The notes beneath the pieces are model-generated. The model ran no database searches, was not told where the DNA came from, and saw only the letters and a program-made list of their open reading frames with translations. From a bacterium (GTDB lineage Bacteria > SM23-31), in contig OZ252239.1 of assembly GCA_965249485.1 (NCBI GenBank), positions 992,001 through 1,056,000 of the forward strand: DNA of 64,000 nucleotides. Direction: 5' to 3'. Below are positions 35,486 to 46,013 of the stretch, piece after piece. The position numbers were made by a program, and so were the translations under genes. The stretch's first letter is position 1, and every line of letters starts with the position of its first letter.

Positions 35486-36880
35486 ATGATTAACAAGATG
35501 AATGATAAGGAATCCCAGCGTACTATTTCTCGAAGAAACTTCATCGGTAAAACTGCTGTTGCGGCAGGTGTGTTTACTATAGTCCCAAGCCATGTTTTGA
35601 GTAGTCCCGGACGAACGGCTCCCAGCGACAAATTGAATATTGCATGTTGTGGTATTGGTGGCAAGGGAAGGTCCGATATTGCTGGTATCAGTTCTGAAAA
35701 CGTTATTGCTTTATGTGATGTTGATGATACGCAGATAAAACGATACTCTGATTATGCTGCACGAGTGGAAAGACCTGAATTATTGGATTTGTATGATAAA
35801 GCAAATAAATATCGTGATTTCCGAGTAATGCTTGAAAAGGAAAAAAGTATTGATGCCGTCGTTGTAAGTACACCGGATCACAATCATGCAGTCATAGCCA
35901 TGACGGCGATGAAAATGGGAAAACATGTATTCTGCCAGAAACCCTTAACGCACACCGTATATGAAGCCAGAATGCTCGCGAAAGCGGCGAAAGAATATAA
36001 TGTTACTACACAAATGGGAAACCAGGGACATGCAGGTGAGGGAGCCCGTCTTATTAATGAATGGATAGAGGACGGCGCTATCGGTGATGTCCGGGAAGTG
36101 CATATCTGGACAAATCGGCCGGTATGGCCGCAGGGTATTGAAGCGCCACAAGAAATACCGTCAGTACCGCCGACCTTGGACTGGAACCAGTGGTTGGGAC
36201 CAGCAAAGTATCGTCATTATCATCCTGCATATTGCCCATTTGTGTGGAGAGGTTGGTTTGACTTTGGTACAGGAGTAATAGGTGATATGGGTGCTCATTT
36301 TGTTGATCAGCCATTTTGGGCATTGAAATTAAATGCACCGGCTACTATCTCGGCATCATCAACAAAAATGACAAACGATTCTTATCCGTTGGCATCAACA
36401 GTCCATTACACTTTTCCGGCAAGAGGTACAATGCCTCCTGTTAAGCTCACATGGTATGATGGCGGATTAACAGCGCCTCGTCCGGAAGAACTCGAACCGG
36501 GCCGTCGTATGGGTAACAAAGACGGAGGAGTTCTCTTCGTCGGAGACAAGGGTAAGTTAATGCACAACGTATATGGTGAAAATCCTCGATTGATACCTGA
36601 AACTAAAATGCAGGATTATACACTTCCAAAAAAGACCATACCCAGATCTCCCGGAATCCATTTAGAATGGATAGAAGCATGCAAAGCCGGAAAAAAATCA
36701 ACAACTGATTTTAGTTATTCCGGACCACTCACTGAAACTATGTTACTCGGCAACATTGCAATACGTTTGCAGGATAGACATACAATATTGGAATGGGATC
36801 AAAAAAAGATGGAAATAACCAATCTGCCGGAAGCAAACGAATATCTCCATAGAGAATATCGTGAAGGTTGGTACTTGTAA
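35486..36880 (+). CDS. Gfo/Idh/MocA oxidoreductase, Tat-exported
   Basis: SRRNFI, CGIGGKG, TPDHNH, GKHVFCQKP, WRGWFDFGTG..GDM. Confidence 0.92.
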   Translation: MINKMNDKESQRTISRRNFIGKTAVAAGVFTIVPSHVLSSPGRTAPSDKLNIACCGIGGKGRSDIAGISSENVIALCDVDDTQIKRYSDYAARVERPELLDLYDKANKYRDFRVMLEKEKSIDAVVVSTPDHNHAVIAMTAMKMGKHVFCQKPLTHTVYEARMLAKAAKEYNVTTQMGNQGHAGEGARLINEWIEDGAIGDVREVHIWTNRPVWPQGIEAPQEIPSVPPTLDWNQWLGPAKYRHYHPAYCPFVWRGWFDFGTGVIGDMGAHFVDQPFWALKLNAPATISASSTKMTNDSYPLASTVHYTFPARGTMPPVKLTWYDGGLTAPRPEELEPGRRMGNKDGGVLFVGDKGKLMHNVYGENPRLIPETKMQDYTLPKKTIPRSPGIHLEWIEACKAGKKSTTDFSYSGPLTETMLLGNIAIRLQDRHTILEWDQKKMEITNLPEANEYLHREYREGWYL

Positions 36881-37026
36881 TATATGAAAACTGTAGTCGC
36901 TATGATAGTAGAAATGCCAATCTGTCTATCATGCTTTTAATCAATGTCACTTTTGATCATTTATTATTATTTTTGCCTATGCGCATGTTAATATTCGTCA
37001 ATAAATACCGCGAAAATTTAATTACA

Positions 37027-37995
37027 TCATTTGCCCAGTGGGTAGAGAATTTTCTGAATATCCGGTTCATCAAAATTTTGTGTGGTTGCAACCGTTACGC
37101 CTGTATCAATCCGTTTTTCGAGCTGCATACCATTGATAGCGTCAACAGCGGATTTCACTCCTAAATATCCCATCGTAAACGGGTTCTGCACAATAAGAGC
37201 CTGAATCACTCCCTCTTTTAACGATTCGACCTCGTTTGGAGAAGCATCAAACGCAACCAGCTTTACTTTTCCCTGGACATTTCTGGATCGTAACGCCTGG
37301 GCTGCGCCGATTGCGCATGCCTCATTTGCGGCAAATATACCTTTTAGATCCGGATGTGCTGTCAGAATATTTTCGGTTATTGCCATTGCTGTTGCAACAT
37401 CAGATTGACAATACTGCACGGCGACAAGATTGATATTCGGATACTTTTTCAATCCTTCTATGAAACCCTTTTCACGCCAGATCGATGTTGCAGCACCGGG
37501 GATAAACGGGAAACACGCAACATCACCTTCTTCGCCGATCAGTTCTGCGAGAACATCGGCGGCTTTTTGTGCTCCATATACATTATCAGTCGCAATAAAA
37601 CTGAGCGGCACATCCGAATCGAGACCGGAATCAATGGTAATAACCGGTATCCCCGCACGATCTGCTGCCGCGATTGGAGCTATCAACGCTTTTGTGTCAC
37701 TTGCAGCCATGACAATAGCATCGACCTGCTTGTTAGTGTAATCTTCAATTATGCTGATTTGACCGGCAATATCAGTTGGGACACCGGGCCCTTTCCAGAT
37801 CACATCAACGTCAAATTCTTTCGCGGCAGAATCTGCTCCGGCTTTGACCGTGAGCCAAAAATTTTGTGTCAGACCATTTGGAGAAACAAGTATCTGAAGT
37901 CTTTCCGATTTCTCCCACCCGCAATACCTGAAAACTGTAATCGATATAAGGGTAAAAAATGCAAATCTGCCGATCGTGCTTAGAATCTTTATCAC
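37027..37995 (-). CDS. Sugar ABC substrate-binding protein (RbsB-like)
   Basis: FW..VKAGA, IPVITIDS, IATDN..G, RE.GF, VAFD, VQNPF.MGY. Confidence 0.88.
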   Translation of the reverse strand: MIKILSTIGRFAFFTLISITVFRYCGWEKSERLQILVSPNGLTQNFWLTVKAGADSAAKEFDVDVIWKGPGVPTDIAGQISIIEDYTNKQVDAIVMAASDTKALIAPIAAADRAGIPVITIDSGLDSDVPLSFIATDNVYGAQKAADVLAELIGEEGDVACFPFIPGAATSIWREKGFIEGLKKYPNINLVAVQYCQSDVATAMAITENILTAHPDLKGIFAANEACAIGAAQALRSRNVQGKVKLVAFDASPNEVESLKEGVIQALIVQNPFTMGYLGVKSAVDAINGMQLEKRIDTGVTVATTQNFDEPDIQKILYPLGK

Positions 37996-38194
37996 CTTTG
38001 CTCCTTTATTGTTGCCTATGGACTTGTTTATATTAGTCTATAAATACCGCGATTATAATGATAGCGCCGATCGCTATCAGCTGCCAGTAAGTGGCCATAT
38101 AATTGGTTAATAATAAAGGGATGTTTCCTGTTTATCCAAGTTCTTTTTTCTCATCTCTTCCGTAAATCGACTTCTCAGACAACTATCCACCACT

Positions 38195-38284
38195 ATATAC
38201 ATAGACAACGATTCAAACATCATCAGTCTGCAAAAACGATGTTAACGAATGGATAGAAGGGTAGAAGAATCGAAAAACTGGATA
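38195..38284 (+). repeat. ~90-bp decayed repeat, homologous to 27926-28017
   Basis: Visual alignment with the 27926 copy. Confidence 0.65.
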
Positions 38285-38313
38285 AATTTGATTTTAAAAA
38301 TGAAGATAAATAT

Positions 38314-38335
38314 CGGGCTGTGCGATTTGCAAACT
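38314..38335 (-). repeat. Cassette element, arm fragment
   Basis: cgggctgtgcgatttgcaaact, ~35 bp past the GH2 stop. Confidence 0.6.
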
Positions 38336-38368
38336 CTCGTATATGTCGTTAAGAATTGGGACTAAAGA

Positions 38369-41325
38369 TTATTTTTTGGTAATGATAATACTTGGTCCCA
38401 AAGGATACCGGCCGAATTTCTCTCCGTAAACCGCCAGTCTCCCGGATGTATCAGATGATTCAAGGACAGACAGCTTTACCTTGAACATGTTCTCTTCAGC
38501 TGATTTTTTTATCGCTTCACGAGTGAATTTCAGTTTCACAAGATAGCCGTACGAACCGGCTTCTACCAGTTCCCACTGCTGGTTTTCCGGCATTTTTTGA
38601 CTCATCCATGACAGCAGCCCCCGATGGTCGGCAGGATCGTCTTCCAGGAATACTGGGTGCTTATCCTGACCATTGAGGGTAATATGAACCGTACTTGTAT
38701 GTTTTTCTCGTCAGTCATCGAATACGTATTCGTACGGTATCCCGGATCAGATCTGGGATTATAGTCCTCTCTATAAAATTTGCTTCCCTCGTCGGCATAT
38801 TCATCTTTCATGTATTTACCATGAACATAGCGTGCTCCAAGTTCAGCAAGAAATTCGACTTCCCCGATTGTGTCTGCTTCAAAATCTTCCGGCAGTGGAA
38901 ATTCATATTCAAAATAGCCCGTTCCTGTTCCCCACATTTTTAATCCGTCTAAAACGGAAACCTGCTTGATTGACCATTCACTTTCTGAATAATCAGCCGG
39001 TTCAAGACGAAGAACAACCTGCTGAGAATCCTGGCTCTTATTCTGTTCTGGTTCGATTGTCTGCACCCTGAAAGGAACAAAATTTCTGTGTCGTATTTGT
39101 TCCTGCTCATCAATTAAATAGGTGTACAATACGGCAAGACATTCCTCGTTCGGAGCTTGAACAGAGACCGGATTTAAATCAAACACCTTATACGGTTCCG
39201 GTTGAAAAGTAAATTCATCGGAGGAATATTCATTATGTTCGCCGTAACGGTTCCAACCGTGCACCACCGTCTGTACTTTCATTTCCGATGGCACATTATC
39301 AGTCATAAACGAAGCGGTTATGGGAAGGGTAAATGAAACTCCAGGTTGAACAATCCGGTTGAAATCACTTCCCGGGATCAGATACATTGCCGAGTGAAAA
39401 TCATTAATCGTCATACCCGGACACAGTTCGTCGAGACCCCAGTCCTTCTTAGTGCGGTCATAACGGTAATACCCGTTCCATGTGTTTTGGAGACTTCCGG
39501 GAATCACAAGATTATTATTGACATCATGAAATTCAGTAAAAACAAACCCGGCATTTTTTTGGTATTTTCGAAATGTGTTTACCATTATATGATACTCATG
39601 GGACAGATCGAAGTCACCGGTCGGGTGGTCCTTGTGCGCGTGCTTTGCAGAGCTCTCTGAATTCATCAAAGGAATGTCTGTCTGTTTATTGCCACCAATA
39701 TAATTCCATTCCGATCCCGGATAGGTATTCGCAACAGCATCATCTAAATATGCGGCATACTGTAGACCCGGCAAATAATTGTGCCAGCTGTTAATGTCAG
39801 AAATAATATGATTGCGTCCATTTGGAGAATTATCTTCCACAAGCCGGGTAGGATCCAGATTCTTCGCCCGAAAGTACAGGGATTTCACCCATTCCCTGTT
39901 TTCAAGAGGATATCCTTCGTCTACCGACGGGTCATTGCTTGAAATCCCCCATGTTTCATTGAATAATACCCACGAAAAAATACTCGGATGGTTAAAATCC
40001 CGTTCAATCTGTTTCTGAAAAGTATATTCCCAATTTTTTCTCCCGTACTCGCTGACTACTCCTTGGTTACTTGAAGTATTAAGATTAGATATGTCTGCTT
40101 GAATAAGAAGACCCAGTTTGTCAGCCCAATACAGTTGCCGGGAAATACCCGCCTTGAGGTGTATACGCAGTCCGTTCAATCCGATATTCTTTGCCCGCTG
40201 GATATCCTCTCTCATAAATGCATCGCTCGGATAGGTGTAATATCCTTCAGGATGATATGCCTGGTCAAGTGCCATTTGAAGATAGATTGGTTTGTTATTC
40301 AGTGTTATATACATATCATTTGAATCAGGAAGTCTTTCAGTCCCGATCTTTCTCATACCGAAATAGGTGTTTATGCGGTCATATTCTTCTCCTTTCCTGC
40401 TCAAAGAGAGTTCAACATCGTAGAGAAAGGGATCATCGAGTGTCCAGAGATGCTGACCATAAATCGGAATGTCAACATTGATGTTATTGTGTCCGGCAGG
40501 TATTTTCTTTTGTACAGGTTCCAAACTATAGTAATAATATCCGTCCTCATGGGTCTCATTACTTTTAGCTTTGAAAAAAACTGAGAGACGCATGTCGCTT
40601 TCTGTGGCTTTCGAGAGTTCAATTTTCAGGTTAACTTTTTCATTATCAATATCAGGAGAGAATTGAGCCAGACGAATATATGTATCCGAGTGTGCTTCAA
40701 GATAGACCGTCTGCCATTTTCCTTTTACCGGACCAAATCCCTCTGCTTGTTTCCCATTTTGCCTGCCGCGCACGGGTTTATCCTCCACCCGAATAACCAA
40801 CCTGTTGCTACCTGTTTTATCAATTACGTCTGTCAGGTCAAATTCAAACGGTGTATATCCGCCTTCGTGTTCGCCCACAAAATCTCCGTTGAGCCACAAT
40901 CTGGTCCCGAAATCACTTGCACCGATCACAATGTATATACGCTTATTAATCCACTCTTCTATTACGGGAATTTCAAGATTTCGAGCATACCATCCTATAT
41001 GAATATTCCGTTCAACAATTCCGGAAAGCGGTGCAGCCCATGAAAATGGAACTGTGATCCTTTGGTCAAAAACGGAGCCGTCATTATACCAGCCATTCAA
41101 TTCACCAATTTCATCAGGATCTAAAGCAAAATCCCATTGACCATTCAGGTTGATCCACGCGTTCCTCATAAAATCAGGCCTTGGATGTTCCGCTAAAGGT
41201 ATGCTAATATCATTATCAACTGTACAGCCAATCATCGAAACAATTAAGAGAACCACTATTGATAGGATTATAACATTGCTGTGCCAGGAATTACTTTCCA
41301 CGATAACAATCCTTATATAATACAA
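38369..41325 (-). pseudogene. GH2-like glycoside hydrolase, frameshift in a homopolymer near 38705
   Basis: HPRPDF.R..WINLNG.W, H.GGYTPF, NGLRIH.K, RDFNHPSIFSW.LFNETWG; shifted frame joins ORF 38369-38605. Confidence 0.85.
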
Positions 41326-41374
41326 TATTCCATTTCGATTAAACCAATGTATACTATATAGACTTTACTTAGTT

Positions 41375-41477
41375 GTATGATGTCAGAACATTTAGGATAC
41401 GATTATTTAGATGGTAAAGTATACATTTGGCTTTTACAAGTGAATTCTACTCTTTGGGCTGTACGATTTTCCAACCT
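41375..41477 (-). repeat. Full cassette element
   Basis: tgtcagaacatttaggata; TTGTAA-17bp-TACCAT; ctctttgggctgtacgattttccaacct, ~7 bp past the M24 stop. Confidence 0.85.
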
Positions 41478-41484
41478 ATTATGC

Positions 41485-42879
41485 TCAATGGATCAGTATA
41501 ATTTCATCATTCGACGGCTGAATCCATTCCACTCCCCGGCTTGTTACGATCTGAGGATTTGAGAAGTTAATGGAAATTGGATAACCGGGTCTTTCAGGAA
41601 GGTTCGTATGAACCGCATATTCAAAAGCAAATATGTGATTCTCCTGAATTTTCAGATGGTGTGTATCCGGACGAAACGCAGAAATAGAAGGTCCGACATC
41701 ACCGGTATTGATATGGGCGTGAAGATCAAGGTAAAATCCTGACTTATCAGTATTTGTGAGTGCCACCTGAACCTCCTTATAGTCATTTGCGCTAACATCT
41801 GTAAAAGGTGTGAATATATAGTCCGCATCTTCCATGGCTGAGACAATAGCCTTTAAAGATTCCCCGGCGGTCATGCCGACTTTTATATTTTTCCGGATAA
41901 TTCCTTGAGCTTATTTCCCCTGATCCCAGGCATACTGTATACTCTTCGGCACTTCTGTTTCTTCTTCTCTCAGAATATATGCATGAATTTTAGTATCTAC
42001 CACAAAGCCCAAATAGTTATACTCAACACCAAAAGCGAAAAAATCCCCACGTTGATAAACATAGTCAGCGTAATTGATCCACCACCTGGCATTAGGTGGA
42101 TCGATACGTTTGGATTTAAATGAAGAGTAAATCCGGCCACCTACTTCCCCTATAGTCGTTCTACCCGGCACGATACTGCGTAATTTTTCCAAAGAACGCT
42201 GGCGGGCAATTACCAATGTATGTGTCTGTGCTGCAATTTCTCTGCTTGCCCTTCTTGATATGAAATCTGTGATGACATTCTCGGCAGACACCATTCTCTG
42301 AGAATATTTAGGACCTAAAATTTTCTCCAGTTTCAGATATTGGGTATGTGAAATTCCATCAGCAGCGGGAAGCCAATCGGAATAATTTACTGCAATTGTT
42401 TTTGGGTCGCGTTCGGCAACAAATTGCGTTATTTCGTCGTAGACATCGGGAATCGTAAATCCCTGCCTCGGGTCAAGATTATTATAATTATAACCGTCTA
42501 AGGCCATTCCGACCTCCTGAGACCCATATATGTCTATATTTTCAACAACGCTTCTTCCAAAAGTACCGCCAAACTTAGCCCGCTCGATTCTGTCTCCCAG
42601 ATCTGTAAAGATCAAATAACCACCGGTTGATCCAAAATGTTGATCCATGGGATCTACAATTTTATCTGCCGAAAGCCCTTCCTCTTTACGGGTAACGTGA
42701 ATCCACATGTCCACATTATTGTCACGCATAGCTCCCGGTAGTATTAGGTCAAGTTTTTCGTTCCGTATAAGACGTAGGACTTCCGAATCGATTTCCGGTG
42801 TATACCCTTCTGTCTGTGCATAGGCGGCCGGTAAGGTGAACATCACCGTTATGAGTACTATCATAATCCGGGATAGCAT
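41485..42879 (-). pseudogene. M24 peptidase-like paralogue with in-frame TAA at 41911-41913
   Basis: AWDQGK*AQGIIRKNIKVGMTAG in one frame (465 codons). Confidence 0.85.
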
Positions 42880-43009
42880 AATATCCTCCTTTTTTGATTG
42901 GCGGTAGATTTTTATATTAATTTTTTGTGCGAATTGTCTTAAGTATGGTCAGGCTTTGCGACATCACGATTTTTGCAGTCATGTATTCATAAACCTAATA
43001 CAACGTGGG

Positions 43010-43104
43010 TGTGTGTTTAGAACATTTGTGGTATGCTAATGTAAATAGTAAGATATGCATTTAACTTTCACAAGTGAAATTTACTCCTCAGGTAGGACTC
43101 GAAC
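43010..43104 (-). repeat. Cassette element whose arm is a tRNA 3'-end fragment
   Basis: TTGTGA-17bp-TACTAT; minus strand 43104-43084 GTTCGAGTCCTACCTGAGGAG. Confidence 0.8.
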
Positions 43105-43207
43105 GTATCATGTGATTATTAGAAATGTCAATAAAAACAAAATCTTACATATCACAAATGTCTTTATTTGTGCCTAAATTACGCCTATTTTATAACTGCA
43201 GTGATAT

Positions 43208-43846
43208 TTATAAGAGGTTATCCAAAACACCATTAATGATTGCTATCCACTCAGCATTTGTAACTTCTACTATTTGAGATTCGCCTATCGCCACGCTGCA
43301 AATGATGACATCGACATTCAGGGTACGAAGCAATTTTAAGCTATTGATCAGATCGCTTTTGTTTCCACCGTCACCCGAAACAATCTGTGTCTTCCATTCG
43401 CCATTATCCAGATAGATTGTATCACCCGTGAACAGATAACTTTTACCATGTGGTGATTTATAGAAATATCAAACATTGTTATTCGTATGACCGGGCGTAT
43501 GTATTACCTCGATATTATCGGAGTGATACTCTCGTTCCGGATTTGAAAAATAAACATCGGCGGATGTCGAACTGTCGAAATATGGCTGGACGAGCGCGTC
43601 ACAACATAACTTAGAGTTGAGTGCATTCTTAACAGTAACTAATGATTGGTCAACTTCATGGCAGTGACTCAAGTATTGATAAGCTGCTCCACCTTTTTCT
43701 GCGATTATTCTCAGTTCTTCCTGATTGTTGGTCGTATAAAATAATACACTATTTTTCTTTCTCACAAGAATATAGGCATGAGTCCTCAATGTACCAAATC
43801 GTATCTCCAATTCTGTTTGCCAGAGATCCTTGTAAATTTGTTTCAT
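43208..43846 (-). pseudogene. MBL-fold metallo-hydrolase with in-frame TGA at 43469-43471
   Basis: YLSHCHE, HTPGHTNNNV*YFYKSPHGKSYLFTGD; 213 codons in one frame. Confidence 0.8.
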
Positions 43847-43957
43847 TTGCTTGTTCTCGATCTAGTTGGTAGTTGTGTGGATATCTCTATTCAAACCTAT
43901 CATCACCCTCTACTGCAAAGGTAAAATTGGGTCGGAAATATATTCATAAGAAGAAAT

Positions 43958-45559
43958 TTATTTCTTGTGCCATCGTCTATTATTGTTCATCATATTATCT
44001 GAACGAGGAAGTAAATCATCATGCATAGCGGCACAATACACCATCCCGGCCATAATGACTGAATTAGCTATTAAATCTTCAGCAACTAACCGGTCATATA
44101 CATCCATACTGGTATGCCACGTAGTCGTCCAGAATTCGAGATCATCCTGGATGAATCGAAATCCTGGAAGACCGACGGATAAAAATGACATATTGTCAGA
44201 ACCTCCGTTATTGCCAGGTGAAAGATACGTAAATCCAAGATCGTTGAACGGTTTCATCCATTCCTCAAAAATTGGACGAACGAGATCGTTTCCGTACAGG
44301 AATAGACCCCGAAACAGGCCGTACCAATCTGTGTTAAAATAGACAGAAAGCTTCGCATGATCAGGGAGAAATTGCTGAGTTGCCGGATCACCAAAATGCT
44401 TTTTCACATATGCTCTGGATCCTAAATGACCAACTTCTTCTCCACCCCACAAGGCTGCGCGGATTGTGCGTCGAGGTTTGGCGCCAACCACTTTTAAAAT
44501 ACGCATTGCTTCCATGACCACCGAACTTCCTGCAGCGTTATCCGTTGCTCCGGTTCCTGAAGGTGCCGCATCAAAATGAGCACCGAGCATCACAATCTCG
44601 TCTTCTAAATCTGTTCCCGGTATTTCAGCAATAATGTTATAATCTTGCAAGTCATCTTCATCATATTCGACTTTGACCTCAATCTCCAATTCAACCTCAA
44701 TACCGATCTCGAGATTTCTCACTATTCTATTATAATGTTCTGCTGCAAGGACCACGTGTGGCAATGGTTTCGGATCGTCTTTTTTTAAGGGTCTTCCGCC
44801 TCCCGGATTGACGTTACCTTTGGCTATTTGTGCCTGATCCTGAGGTCTTCCCGGACTGACCAGGACTGCAACTCCTTCCGATTCAAAAAAGTCGTTGAGC
44901 AGCTCCCGTGACAGAGGTTGTCGAACATTTCCCTGTAGCATAGTATCATATTCATTTTGTTTTAATGTAACCATTGCCGGTTGTGAAATAATACTGAGAC
45001 TCGCCATGTCATTGAGCTCTTCAACCGATAACCGGTTTGCGTCCGGTATGAAATCCGGTCTGAGTTCTCTCTTCGGTTCTATGAGAACGATTCTGCCTCT
45101 GATTTTATCACGATATTGTTCGAGATCTGTTTGAGAGTAAATCTCTTGCGAATTGATCAATACAACGTTACCTGTTACTTTGCCCATCGTACCTCGTGTC
45201 CAAGCTCTGGGATACGCAATTATTGACTGATACTGCGGTTTGATCAGATGGACTGACGTGTATCTGTTTTCCCAACCAATTCCAACTTCTCCATAGGCCT
45301 GCACTTCTGCATCGATGCCATATTCCTGAAATTTTCCCGATGCCCATTGTGCCGCCCGATTAAAAGAAGGTGAATTTGCAAGTCTGGGACCATATACATC
45401 GGTCATATAGCGTGCCAATTCCATGACATGTGAATGGTTAAGTCCTTCATTGCGAATCCTGTCAATCATCTCATAATCGAGTTGATTTTGAGCGTTTGCA
45501 ATCAATGAAAAAGATAAAAACAGTAGTATAAGAAGTGTTTTTGTTAGTGAACGTTTCAT
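43958..45559 (-). CDS. Secreted M28 peptidase
   Basis: TDVYGPRL, GAHFD, GATDNAAG, WGGEE, GGSD, WHTSMD. Confidence 0.9.
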   Translation of the reverse strand: MKRSLTKTLLILLFLSFSLIANAQNQLDYEMIDRIRNEGLNHSHVMELARYMTDVYGPRLANSPSFNRAAQWASGKFQEYGIDAEVQAYGEVGIGWENRYTSVHLIKPQYQSIIAYPRAWTRGTMGKVTGNVVLINSQEIYSQTDLEQYRDKIRGRIVLIEPKRELRPDFIPDANRLSVEELNDMASLSIISQPAMVTLKQNEYDTMLQGNVRQPLSRELLNDFFESEGVAVLVSPGRPQDQAQIAKGNVNPGGGRPLKKDDPKPLPHVVLAAEHYNRIVRNLEIGIEVELEIEVKVEYDEDDLQDYNIIAEIPGTDLEDEIVMLGAHFDAAPSGTGATDNAAGSSVVMEAMRILKVVGAKPRRTIRAALWGGEEVGHLGSRAYVKKHFGDPATQQFLPDHAKLSVYFNTDWYGLFRGLFLYGNDLVRPIFEEWMKPFNDLGFTYLSPGNNGGSDNMSFLSVGLPGFRFIQDDLEFWTTTWHTSMDVYDRLVAEDLIANSVIMAGMVYCAAMHDDLLPRSDNMMNNNRRWHKK

Positions 45560-45632
45560 GTGATATTCCCCATATCAACTCTCAACAAAAGATTAATAAT
45601 GATTTTGTTAAAATATGACACATTTTTAAACT

Positions 45633-45774
45633 GTGATGTACTTCTTCAGAGCACACTGGTTACTTTGATATAAATAGTAAAGTATGTAATTTGCATTTAC
45701 AAGTAATTTCTACTCCCCGGACTGTACGATTTGCGAACCTTTAATAGAATGTCTAAACCTGTCAAATATGTTCT
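45633..45774 (-). repeat. Full cassette element (closest to consensus)
   Basis: TTGTAA(45702-697)-17bp-TACTAT(45679-74); ctccccggactgtacgatttgcgaacctt. Confidence 0.85.
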
Positions 45775-45786
45775 TAATATAATTTC

Positions 45787-45817
45787 TGGCTCAAATTTGG
45801 GGGGGGGGGGGTAAGAT
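45787..45817. mobile_element. IS3-like end remnant containing a G13 run
   Basis: tggctcaaattt(g)13taagatc versus tggctcaactttt(g)5caaggtca. Confidence 0.45.
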
Positions 45818-46013
45818 CTTTCCAAAATAGTGTGCTTTTACAATAGTTAATCTTATTCCAATACAGGGAAGAAATTTGTTTATATTGAATTTGAATGAAA
45901 GTATATTCTCTTGGAGAATGTTGCGCAGAAAATTATTTCATCTTACATAATAATGCTTTTATTAAGTAGTATATCACAAAGTCGGACACTATATAATACT
46001 GGAGAAGGTAAAG

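Noticed and set aside
43040..43160. Intact tRNA gene
   Set aside because: Only a 21-nt 3' fragment; no D arm, anticodon arm or matching 5' acceptor strand.
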